Shown here: positions 36,301 through 43,733 of the stretch, piece after piece
Layout: every line of letters begins with the position of its first letter
How positions within the stretch are numbered: position 1 is the stretch's first letter
Source: an uncultured virus (IMG/VR IMGVR_UViG_3300017912_003267)
Taxonomy: Duplodnaviria; Heunggongvirae; Uroviricota; Caudoviricetes
Strand: one strand, 5' to 3'
IMG/VR virus record: IMGVR_UViG_3300017912_003267
Length of the DNA stretch: 64,000 bases
The notes under the pieces: generated by a model
Told to the model about the DNA's origin: nothing
Seen by the model: only the letters and a program-made list of their open reading frames with translations
Databases searched by the model: none
Position numbers and translations under genes: made by a program

Positions 36301-39287
36301 TTGCTGCTAATAGAACATATAGAGATAGAGCTAATGCTTTCTTAGTCGGCGGTGATTCTGGAAATCCAAATGATGAAGCTACATTCCGTGTTGCTACAAC
36401 TGCTGGATTCCAGGGACCACATCAAAATCAGACACAAGGTGCTGTAAGGGCATATGATACGGGTCGTGTTGGTATTAATGTTACTGAAGGTCTGATGAAC
36501 CACACCTTAACGGTGAATGGTGACATGAGATTATCTGGAGATGCTTTATTCGAGGAAAACTTACAACTTGATGGTGGTGCTCTTTCTAGTACAGCAGGAT
36601 CATTCGCTTTACTATCTGCTAATGTTAATACAATTGACTTCATTGATCAAGCGACTACAATTAATATTGCCAACTCTTTAACTAGCAGTTCTTCACAGGT
36701 AATTAATATTGCCAATAACGTTGGATCACAAGTAGTTAAACTCGGACAGTTTACTTCAAGTGGTGAACTAAAAGTTCATACAAATCCTTCTGCTACTTCT
36801 TCTAAAATACAAATTGGTACATTAGGATCTCCAAGCAGCAATGATAATGTTTCTGTCGTTAGAATCGGTGGAGCATTCTCTACCCAATCCAACAGTTTGA
36901 ATACTGGTTCAATTTACAAAATCTATAATAGATTCTTGGAGGTTGATGGTGAATTAGCATTTGGTATGAACAGTTCTCTGGGTACTGCTGTTTTACGTAC
37001 TCAGGCATCAACAGCAGAAATTTGTACTCTAGGAACCTCTACGATTTATTTTGGTTCTTCTGCTTCGAGAATGTTTATTGGTGCTGAAGGTGGATTTACT
37101 ACTATCAATAATAGTTTAGTCGTCAAGTCTTCTACTACTCTAGGTGGCGATGTAACATTATCTGGTGGTTTAAACTCTGGTCGTTTTGAAGTTACTAGAG
37201 GATCTTTCAGTACCGACACTCCTGCTCATGCTGTCGGTAATATTGATAATGCTAACATTGACCTATTCTCTAAGGTTAATATTAGTAAATTTATTGATAC
37301 TAGTGGTTCTGGATATTGGGGAGATACTAGTAGTGGAGACACTGTTAATATCGTTGACCCCAATGATCCAGAAAGATACTATCTAACTTTTACCACACCA
37401 ACAACAACAGCAATCTTTGCCGAAGGTGCTTATCTATTACTAGATCGTTCTAGATTAGCTCTGTTCGACCCAACTTCGTTTACTGCTACGATTCAAGCAG
37501 CAAGTGCTAATATTAATGCTAGCAGTGTTGCTTGGGTTAATACTGATAATGTAGGTTTGAATTATGTTCGTATTGAAACTCCTGGTCTAACTTTTGCTGA
37601 CGGTACAAATTATGCTCAAGTTATATCAATTGTTGGAAATGTACTTACTCTTGATAGAAATATTATTGGTAACACTTCTCTAACCTCTGCTTCTTTCAGT
37701 GGTGGTGAATCGACTCAAGATGTTACTACTTCTCCTGTTGGTGAAGAATACAGTGAACTTGTTAAAATTGTTGAATTAACTAACCTCAATACAGTTGGAT
37801 CTCAACCTTTGAGAGTTATGGTTGAGAGAGCGCACAACCAAAGAGACGGTAGCGGTGCTATGATCACTGGTGCTTCTCCAACTGCTCCTGGTCAAACTGG
37901 TTATGTTCAGTCTGGATATAAGTTCTTAAGAACTGATCACCCACAAGGTACTCTAATTACTAGATATGACTTGGCGGAAAATGTGAGCTTTATTGATGAT
38001 AGTTCCTTACCTATCGTGTCTGGGGTTACACCTGGAATTTTGGTTGATACTGGTGATTTCTCTGGTTCTGTTGGTGTAGGAGACATTTTAAGATTCACTG
38101 ATGTTGAAATGGCATTGATCACTGATGTCAATGCTACTTCACCACAGAGATTTGTAGTTACTGATGGTAATGATGAATCTCCTGTAGAGTTCTTTACTGT
38201 TGATTCTACTACTGGCGCTACTAATATTCAGGGCACGTTGGACATTACCAACACATTTACTCTAAATGGTTCTTTAACTGAAGGATCACAGACATTAACT
38301 ATTAACAACGGAGGTGGTACAAACACCTTCGTAGTTGATTCTGCTAATGGCAATCTTTGTATGAATGGCGACCTAATGACAGGTGGTCCTGACTGTGATA
38401 GGTTGAGAGTTCTTGCTGCTTCTGGAGATACCACAATTAGGGGTGGTGATCTTGAGATTCAAACTGATGATCCTAATAATACGAAATTATTATTCCAAAA
38501 TACAACAGGAAATCTAACACTTGGTGGCATATTAAATGTTCAGGGTGTAAATAGAAGTGTATTTGACGGTCAACTATCAGTTAACGGTGGCAACTTTAAA
38601 GTTGGCACTCAAGATCTAGCACCAAGATGGGAACCAAATACTCCTTATAACTTAAATGATCAAGTATATTATGGAACATATATCTATGAAGCCAATCAAG
38701 ATGGTATTTCTGGTGATACTCCTCCAACACATGTTGGTATTATTAATGGGGGCGACAACTTTGTCGTAAATGGTTCTAATGGATTTGGATTTACCTGGGT
38801 TGGAGAACGTACAGTAACTGATCGTTTTGAGATTACATCTGGCGGAGCGATGAATTTCGCTGGTCAAACGCCATTCTTTACACCATCAGGTGCTAGAAGA
38901 TGGGAGTTTATTCCCGATGGTACTGTTACTCAAGAAGTTGAACCCAATATCAATTATTTTGTTAACCCAAGTTCTGATCTAACTCTCTTGCTTCCACCAG
39001 CATCTGAGTCTACAACTGGTGATATGATCAGAATTGTCGATGTTGGTGGTGTATTAACTTATAATATTTCTCTAAGAATGAGAGCCAGAACTGGCGAATT
39101 TGTACAAGGTGATAATACCAACGCCAACATTCCTAACTTACAAAGTGAGCAATATAATGGTGGCGAATTGGTTGTTCAAACCCCACACGCCTCTTTTGGT
39201 CTTGTTTATCTCGGACCAAACAATTCCGATGGTTCGCCAAACTCAGCAGGTCCAACCGTTCAAGGTTGGTGGTTAATGGAGATCTAA
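27372..39287 (+). CDS. Giant virion structural/fibre protein (3971 aa) with phycobiliprotein-like repeats
   Basis: N-terminal beta-helix-type region (RPFKTIQRA, IVPRGCSLIGYDLRR), KCxRD repeats, beta-rich fibre C-terminus, late promoter. Confidence 0.88.
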   Translation: MALTRLDNLYSSKTGKYLYVSPDDFNATDELDNRGNSPLRPFKTIQRAFIEVARYSFLPAENGRSTPDRFDQFSIMLMPGDHYIDNRPGLRTLTSAGNDKQRYYNAKELITANRQEIIDRAFGQIVIDYDESAWGTDWVVPGDEVLPNGSPDPLRRGQSAYRLIQKNKEFIQARAVGQLTIDYTEGQTNGLFANDWVIPGDTALGIDTFNRRASAYRLILKNKTDIVNSSWEFMNSQYPEFTSVQTKCKRDIGYWVEHFALDVLFGGNKFTDIFTRTYFNEEGTAILQNAIDLTNANEKTATLLAMVHASNLSAGVITNRAHPSASQNVNVSLQPVANLSNVVDVSGWYYDPNITADPTKSNNYTVDSCSTIRTTIDNLFTILYDAIVAENTSTLDSLPESSYDVGIGTSKCYRDVGFYIDGISLDIVQGGGNRYTRKYIQNYFNAEGSGWVDDGLQGEELQSKIVFDQAVSLMKEAVSNQLGYKDFTLTHDPAGTGSGTDYDPNSCSGVKNTIDTLSALIETYFLQGTLDGFPEETTSDVGPGESKCKRDLGYLLDAIAADLPNGGNGSVINFVKAYFDKNGLQITDGLLGEEAQSVIAFNAAGKYIKQAITNQLYSKDLTILPGPARYSGYETNEPTVPNLPSGNSATCVDVQDAVDSLIGIVTTVFTEGNLDSLSQIQVTGDIPVFNFNRAIDEWQDNSILDLSNPDNVLYKFNAPDGGAIVPRGCSLIGYDLRRTIVRPLYVPDPIDGTQERTSIFNLTGGCYLWQFTIKDGDLSSNSPLFDNTAGVGKVYYQKGNNTALAIPEYSHHKITIMTYADTTDLQIYYDKVARAFSLFQPTIDDGDFEQLPQENRIVGPLSDTRSITNLRLTGQTASGQTIIRATTKTAHGYFTDQYVAVIDNGLDSRLNGTFKVTNVFELDPKQFEYIVDVTPQQLGLDINDTGYSIPDLNVSARVQAEIDSVESASPYVFNCSIRSTWGQCGMWADGSKATGFKSMVVAQYTGVSLQKDDRAFIRYDEFSNTWNQASLQDAFGTTAYHTKGDAYWKDDWRNFHIRASDDSFIQCVSVFAVGFFDHFLMESGGDMSITNSNSNFGNTSLHSIGYKGFAFNQDKGGYITSMVPVKAVDDTDFNKVSLKYYPLSNQATKDQGASQDKLYYSGDDVYSPFTKPATSIEGYRLGSKTDDFISLKLPKSGGGTDIYTETLYPTGFKRYTAALETLNPDSVNINNNAQDAANLIEANKAFIQSEAYKYIITRYPEIQSKESITIEKCERDIGYVVDAVIRDLRVGGNINTIKAAEGYFVGGTLSYIDGEFNESIEAYEYVRNLVIAAMRNFDILIRNPVVDQNSSIINVGDTSGLLVGMTVKQYEYTDTANGDPAATANFTNGRLRYEGIGDWVFPVDTGAVIAGDVYIRRIVDSERIEIGNSAPVLSTNNGILEATYGSAILPIGSTSSGAYFHFTFPFTSSQTDDPDTLVGGFTDINPVRDSEVLQDTTAWLGSDPDVYPECAGIATQITQNYFDQFFLILNNGLTPLGGTEVDAYNLLTGNKNFISEEAYARMLADPGINAAFVPTLGASNWKARIVSMVEAMAYNIKYGGTNRVYDEIIGYVTNPGQITGERTELVQLYVEARDIAIKVMRNFDIAGAGELEGSHGLTQFIDNRILGDASGQPGVYDYSNDCADIASQITVFTAYATQSIGTNADTGDVNGIPDTEPAFTVASRIEPQIDTVNLAARATLFNIDTGAATSNPHYFETGTPVRLVPRIRSGVDPNSVDKRVIRLPKGFDTNTIYYVIAPGRTTQPEDYSDGVTYPNTFTSQQTTKLMLATTKENAAAGIYMYSPETESVDYNVQIDLYQYVLDESYRLHQYLCNFESGQSNVIRTDVPHIFDIPGTADHVQEIFFRTFGDNSTLPELPNGDTVNPNTIYYARYVNEKSFSVHATAADAVAGTPTITFNTGTESVPIGQNFYVFANKRESPVKFDPTRNDSGKLPDLQETLTGQWYIQVKRDYNQGNTVPGDPTKNIIARMQEIGDSLKDSRSKNTFYERLEDDRSALDRIYRLRYVIPKHATGVRDPLNGFVLKQRTDSTRRLVPQRIVLKPISGESPNRAFFQVPYTTASGSGQQAQLGLTTSELAAAGVELSSFTYDPYKSDSVKIVTSDRTDSKVAFSIQSARTLSDSGYLELTVFDHTITDDAVRNEQFITVKISAPQGGSFRFNTSENNDLNKILWNGFASGSGYVQGYFSPDGTDEHYLILKELEENNEERETVEYNPIVSTTLFQSVLDADNDPVYDANGNQELIFATLLAKQDSIGSPNLSLAKSLKEDYLYSDKETNVFTMTPGDVIRDDATNEYEIISVEDVGELEDTFYIFDVEEIKRRIPNQQEGVYYLTCIKGNISPYPTGTGVGDNFKNFKFSQPISQLYPINYKNDPLWFQVRALYDATPNDTSYDNQILDPPATVCAADNFIHGLVTTNDYKYNTTKEVMLDLVKNPALSRYEYTTNSIKAQTGNAASGSEDRQIPIAGDSEYPTEQRLYLELRRPSIARSGNHTFEYLGFGPGNYSTGFPLRQEVVLEDIQDFYAQAKREDGGIVFYTGLNSNGDLYIGNKKINAITGEETFLEQAVLNESDDEDDDVGGLVTTFELPVVFEQEITVDGDALFNNPVTINVDSDEDNALTVISNVDTATGGDITLDSQNFTTSTIPSQGNIVLHKNEIYAGVYRFNPRGSTTLTGQNYSVRTHVNSQTTPTNATPNQDGVLGIQVSFGSFQGQAIDPLSGDILLKGAKVGRRGSLGWIFANDYENKNSNIEELEAATDVGLNAVRFFMATGSDTVSEGLVAGKIVRISGFGSPFANLNGIREIVSNTGSSFIVNSPFVVNAPATKFSLESVNGTNETATVELSNSKWREFGVLGAETLRTDTTTIGNYALGINTLARTNHADYQEGFTSDLAQPRATLDVVGIAWISGRELDLDDYSSDTLAANRTYRDRANAFLVGGDSGNPNDEATFRVATTAGFQGPHQNQTQGAVRAYDTGRVGINVTEGLMNHTLTVNGDMRLSGDALFEENLQLDGGALSSTAGSFALLSANVNTIDFIDQATTINIANSLTSSSSQVINIANNVGSQVVKLGQFTSSGELKVHTNPSATSSKIQIGTLGSPSSNDNVSVVRIGGAFSTQSNSLNTGSIYKIYNRFLEVDGELAFGMNSSLGTAVLRTQASTAEICTLGTSTIYFGSSASRMFIGAEGGFTTINNSLVVKSSTTLGGDVTLSGGLNSGRFEVTRGSFSTDTPAHAVGNIDNANIDLFSKVNISKFIDTSGSGYWGDTSSGDTVNIVDPNDPERYYLTFTTPTTTAIFAEGAYLLLDRSRLALFDPTSFTATIQAASANINASSVAWVNTDNVGLNYVRIETPGLTFADGTNYAQVISIVGNVLTLDRNIIGNTSLTSASFSGGESTQDVTTSPVGEEYSELVKIVELTNLNTVGSQPLRVMVERAHNQRDGSGAMITGASPTAPGQTGYVQSGYKFLRTDHPQGTLITRYDLAENVSFIDDSSLPIVSGVTPGILVDTGDFSGSVGVGDILRFTDVEMALITDVNATSPQRFVVTDGNDESPVEFFTVDSTTGATNIQGTLDITNTFTLNGSLTEGSQTLTINNGGGTNTFVVDSANGNLCMNGDLMTGGPDCDRLRVLAASGDTTIRGGDLEIQTDDPNNTKLLFQNTTGNLTLGGILNVQGVNRSVFDGQLSVNGGNFKVGTQDLAPRWEPNTPYNLNDQVYYGTYIYEANQDGISGDTPPTHVGIINGGDNFVVNGSNGFGFTWVGERTVTDRFEITSGGAMNFAGQTPFFTPSGARRWEFIPDGTVTQEVEPNINYFVNPSSDLTLLLPPASESTTGDMIRIVDVGGVLTYNISLRMRARTGEFVQGDNTNANIPNLQSEQYNGGELVVQTPHASFGLVYLGPNNSDGSPNSAGPTVQGWWLMEI

Positions 39288-39290
39288 TAA

Positions 39291-41207
39291 ATGCCAGGTT
39301 ATAACGAAATAAAAACACAAAAAGCACTCCCCATTGGCTCAGTACAACCATACGGGGGCAATATAACCGAAATCCCATCTGGATGGTTATTATGTAATGC
39401 TGATGAATTAGTTGCTGCTGACTATCCTTTATTGGCACGTGCCTTAAGGGATAGCTATGGTGGCAGTAATTTTGGTGGTGTATTTCCTAATTATACTGGC
39501 ACTTTTAGGTTGCCCCCTACAAATGATAAAGGATTAGCAGATATATCAGTTTCTTATTTTGGAGTTTCTGAATCTGCTCAATATTCGGCTTGGCAAGCGA
39601 ATAAAGAATATGGTGCTGGTGATGTAGTTCTTGCTGGTGGTGAATATTATTCTATTTCTATTAATGGAAATACTCCATCTGCCAATGGTGGTAATACTAT
39701 CCCATTTGGTGAGACATATAATACTGATGGTGGTGCTATTACATATACTAGACAAGATCCTTCGCCAAATGTCCCAAATTCTATAGATAATATTGAAGCT
39801 GGTTTAGTTGTTAGAGAGTATATTGGAGATTTTTCTCCTGGATTTGAACCTGGAGATCTTGGACCACCAAATGCTCAAGATGCTAGAACAGATATTTTAT
39901 TTGAATATGAACAAGAACCAGATGGTACAGTTCAAAATATTTTTGTCACTCCTGGGGGTATTCCTGTTGTTAGTGAAATTAAAATTTATGAAGTTGGTGC
40001 CAATCAAGTTCAAGCAGGTACAAATTTAATTACTGGCAATCCAGTACAAGGTGATGGTGTTTCTTTCACTGTTGTGTGGAGTCCTGGTGCTGCTGGACTA
40101 GCACCAACTTTAGATGTTATACGTAGAGAAAAGGGAGCTCTTTATAATGCCAATGATCAGGTAATCATTCCAGGATCAATTTTTAATGATATTGGCGGCA
40201 CCACACCAGAAAATGACATTACAGTATTAATTACTTCTGTTGGATCTGCTTTATTTGATGCTCAAATTACAGGACATAGTTTAATTCCTGGTTTTTCTAT
40301 CAAAGAACTTTTTATTGTTCCTAGAAAACTTGGTAGGTTGCATATGCCTAGTCATTATCATCCAGGTGTTTATGATACTATTAATTTCAATGATAATGAT
40401 ATTTCTCCTGGAATAGGTCCTACTATATTTTCTAACCCAACAGTATCAGCATCTGATTTTTTACAAAGAGATGACCCATGTTGGAATTTCGGTCCTTTAG
40501 AATTCTGTAGTCAGGAGGAAGGTTACTTACAATGTACCAATAGCAAGGTCACTGGATGGTATATTGGAAACAAGAATAAACCAAATAATAGCTTACAAAG
40601 TTCTCCATTCAGTCAGGGTGTTGGTCGTCATGCTCTTGGAATAGTTCAGGGTGGATTTTTGATTAAAGGTAACATTCCATATAAAACAGCCGCTGGTGCT
40701 CATGGAATTGCTGTTACATCTTTTGTTGGTACTGCTAGTTATGAAAATTTGAGAGATGGATCGGGAAGAGTTAGTAGTGGATCTCCTGCTAGTCCATATA
40801 CTGGTTCTATAGAAAGAAGATTACAACAGTTAAGAGATGATGGAAAAATTTATCCAGGTCATAGTATACCATTTAGTGATGTAATTGAAACTGTTACAAC
40901 TCCAAACGTTGACAATGCTAGTAGTGAGGATACTAATACCATGGGTCCAACAACAACATTATTTGATCACGCTGGTGTTGATTTTAGTGTTGATGAACTT
41001 GGACAAGATAAAACCGTTATTGATTTTCACGATCATGAGGAGTCTCTCCCACTTCAATATAACGGGGACGATATGTCAGTCTTGCAAACATTACAGGTAA
41101 AAGCTAGACCAAATATTACACCAGATAATTTAGAAGAAGCATTACAGATTAGATTTATTACTAGAGTACCTTCTTTAACCATTGCCAACCTAATTCGAGC
41201 ATACTAA
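39291..41207 (+). CDS. Tail collar domain fibre protein
   Basis: PIGSVQPYGG..IPSGWLLCN...YPLLA...FRLP; HxH motifs. Confidence 0.8.
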   Translation: MPGYNEIKTQKALPIGSVQPYGGNITEIPSGWLLCNADELVAADYPLLARALRDSYGGSNFGGVFPNYTGTFRLPPTNDKGLADISVSYFGVSESAQYSAWQANKEYGAGDVVLAGGEYYSISINGNTPSANGGNTIPFGETYNTDGGAITYTRQDPSPNVPNSIDNIEAGLVVREYIGDFSPGFEPGDLGPPNAQDARTDILFEYEQEPDGTVQNIFVTPGGIPVVSEIKIYEVGANQVQAGTNLITGNPVQGDGVSFTVVWSPGAAGLAPTLDVIRREKGALYNANDQVIIPGSIFNDIGGTTPENDITVLITSVGSALFDAQITGHSLIPGFSIKELFIVPRKLGRLHMPSHYHPGVYDTINFNDNDISPGIGPTIFSNPTVSASDFLQRDDPCWNFGPLEFCSQEEGYLQCTNSKVTGWYIGNKNKPNNSLQSSPFSQGVGRHALGIVQGGFLIKGNIPYKTAAGAHGIAVTSFVGTASYENLRDGSGRVSSGSPASPYTGSIERRLQQLRDDGKIYPGHSIPFSDVIETVTTPNVDNASSEDTNTMGPTTTLFDHAGVDFSVDELGQDKTVIDFHDHEESLPLQYNGDDMSVLQTLQVKARPNITPDNLEEALQIRFITRVPSLTIANLIRAY

Positions 41208-42142
41208 TGGCGTTTTATTCAACACTAAAGTCACATTTTGGTGGAGTCTCTGGCACCATCATACCTTTTACAGTTAAATTAGCAGCAGGAAATATACCGA
41301 ACCAAGGTAATTTTAGAACTCTTTTGCCTGGAGGATTTTTACGTTGTGATGGTAGTGTATTGAATGCAGAACAATATCCTGTTCTTGCTCAAATTTTAGG
41401 TCTTGGTGATGATTCTAAATTCTTGAGACCTGGGGAAGTAATTGGTGCTAATGAATTTAAATTACCAGATTTGGGGTCTAAGTATATTGTTGGTGGAAGA
41501 TCTTCTGGTGGATATTTGAATGAAACAGTGACAAATCCAGAAGTTCCAGCGGGAACATATCGTGTTGGTGCTGAAGTAGAAGTTGATAGTTTGGTCGGAT
41601 CTTCTGAAACAATTACATATGATGGATATTTTGAAATTGTTGATGAAGGTGGATTTGAATTTATTGGAGACCCAACATTTAATACATTGACTTCTGATGG
41701 AAGAACATTACCTTCATTTCTTCCCAACACTTCTTTCCAATCTCATGGTCATGAAGGGAATGTTGGATATTTTAGATACTTAGGTAGTTGGTTAAACAGT
41801 CAATTTGTAAATAATGAAGGATCACCATCGGGTGTTAATGGTGCTGGTGGTACAAATACAGCACAAGATGAGGGAAGTAATAATCTAGTTCAGATCAGTT
41901 TTCCTCCTGATGCTACTTTTGCTCCAAGTCATTCTCACCGTGTAGAGTTTCCTGGAGGTATTACCAATATTAGATCAAAAAATTTGTTGAAATATAATTT
42001 TGAACCAGAAGCTGGTCAAACTAATGTACAAATTGATGCTTTGGGTCTTGAAACTACAGTAACTATCACCACTTCTAACATATATAAATTGGATGAAGTT
42101 ACCCCTCCATTTATCTTAGTAGAATATCTTATCAAGATCTAA
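41207..42142 (+). CDS. Tail collar domain protein (short fibre-like)
   Basis: GTIIPF...GFLRCDGS...YPVLA...FKLPDL; HxH motifs; ends EYLIKI. Confidence 0.82.
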   Translation: MAFYSTLKSHFGGVSGTIIPFTVKLAAGNIPNQGNFRTLLPGGFLRCDGSVLNAEQYPVLAQILGLGDDSKFLRPGEVIGANEFKLPDLGSKYIVGGRSSGGYLNETVTNPEVPAGTYRVGAEVEVDSLVGSSETITYDGYFEIVDEGGFEFIGDPTFNTLTSDGRTLPSFLPNTSFQSHGHEGNVGYFRYLGSWLNSQFVNNEGSPSGVNGAGGTNTAQDEGSNNLVQISFPPDATFAPSHSHRVEFPGGITNIRSKNLLKYNFEPEAGQTNVQIDALGLETTVTITTSNIYKLDEVTPPFILVEYLIKI

Positions 42143-42143
42143 T

Positions 42144-43730
42144 ATGGCTACTTTTGGTGGTATTGTAGAAAAAACTTCTAATAATGGAAACAGTGGGAAT
42201 TGGCCAATTCCCACTGGAACTACTTCTATTAGGGGTGTTGCTATTGGTGGTGGTGGATCTGGTCACCAAGACGATACTGGAGATGATAAAGGAGGCGGCG
42301 GCGGAGGCGGCGGCAAAGCTGGTGGGTTTAAAAATGTTGGGCAGAGTACTGTCATAACATGGCAACAAGCAAATAGGGCAAAGACAAAAGCGGGTGGAAG
42401 TGAAACGCCTGGTTCTGGATCTACTGATGGAGGAGAGTCTTATGTATATGGAAACTCAGGAAGAAGTTGGGCATATGCTTCAGGTGGAGAGGGGGGAACT
42501 GATGATAATGGTGGAGCTGGTGGTGGATCTGGTAACGGAAATGAATTTAATGTGGACGGAAATCGAGGACAAGATGATGATGATGGTGGATATGGTGGTG
42601 GATGTGCTGGGTGTCCGAATGGTCAAGACCGTGGAGGGGGAACTGGTTGTACTGTAAATTGGAATAATAATGCTGGAACAGTAAATACTGGTTGTGGACC
42701 AACACCCAGTGGAAAAACAAATAAAACTGGACAAGCTTTTGGTGGAGCAGGAGCTGGATCGTGGGAAGACTCGAATCCAGAAACAGAATATCCTGCTGGC
42801 AGGGGAGGAAAGGGATATGCTGGATGGGCTTATTTTTTTGCTGATCCTTCTATCGATTCGTCGAGTGTTAATCATCAATACAATACTAATTTAGCATTGG
42901 GTGAAGAACCTAGTGACGAAGTAACAATTAGTTGGACTGCTAGTAATGTACAAAGGGTAGAAATAAAAAAGAATGGTATTGTATATGCTACTGAAACTCA
43001 AAATCCCACAAATTCAAGTGCTACTATTAGTACAGGACTGAATTCAAATGCTGTGAATAATTCTCCAGCAACAAAAACGTATAATATTGTCGCTTATGGT
43101 TATGGAGGAAACACTGTAAAAAAAGAAGTAACAGTGAAAGTAAAAAATGACGATAATCCAAGTAAAAGTGATTTGACCACCGACGTTGAGAATTTAGATC
43201 CAGCAACACAGGTAACTATAAATATTGGATCTTTGGATGAAGTTGATATGCCAGTTTGGATTACTACTGATGATGAGGGAGTAGCAATTAATAATCAACT
43301 TGGACAAAAAAAAGTAGGTCCAGGCAATGATATTAAGCTAAAATTTAATACTCTTCCATATGAAGTTGATATTACTGGCAGAACTGACGAAGAGACTGGT
43401 AAGAGAGCATTTAAAACCATTACTTTACAAATGGGCCCACATAAAACTCACGAAATAACTTTCAAAACAAAGAGACCAATTATTAAAGAAACATTTGATT
43501 CTTTTGGAGAAAAGAACGCTTTGCCGTACCCAAAAATCAATATTGGTGATGATGACCCGAAGCAATATTTGAGTGCTTCAAGTGTTGATGTCAATGATAT
43601 TGAATTTACCAAACCAGACATTATTGCACGACTCGAAGACGGTGAAATTAGCACAGAAGTTAAAGTTAGTGATGAAAACCTACAAATTAAAAGGAATAGT
43701 AATTCCTGGAAGACACCTAGGGGGATATAA
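42144..43730 (+). CDS. Glycine-rich virion structural protein
   Basis: 528 aa; Gly-rich N-terminus, C-terminal module shared with neighbours. Confidence 0.75.
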   Translation: MATFGGIVEKTSNNGNSGNWPIPTGTTSIRGVAIGGGGSGHQDDTGDDKGGGGGGGGKAGGFKNVGQSTVITWQQANRAKTKAGGSETPGSGSTDGGESYVYGNSGRSWAYASGGEGGTDDNGGAGGGSGNGNEFNVDGNRGQDDDDGGYGGGCAGCPNGQDRGGGTGCTVNWNNNAGTVNTGCGPTPSGKTNKTGQAFGGAGAGSWEDSNPETEYPAGRGGKGYAGWAYFFADPSIDSSSVNHQYNTNLALGEEPSDEVTISWTASNVQRVEIKKNGIVYATETQNPTNSSATISTGLNSNAVNNSPATKTYNIVAYGYGGNTVKKEVTVKVKNDDNPSKSDLTTDVENLDPATQVTINIGSLDEVDMPVWITTDDEGVAINNQLGQKKVGPGNDIKLKFNTLPYEVDITGRTDEETGKRAFKTITLQMGPHKTHEITFKTKRPIIKETFDSFGEKNALPYPKINIGDDDPKQYLSASSVDVNDIEFTKPDIIARLEDGEISTEVKVSDENLQIKRNSNSWKTPRGI

Positions 43731-43733
43731 GAA

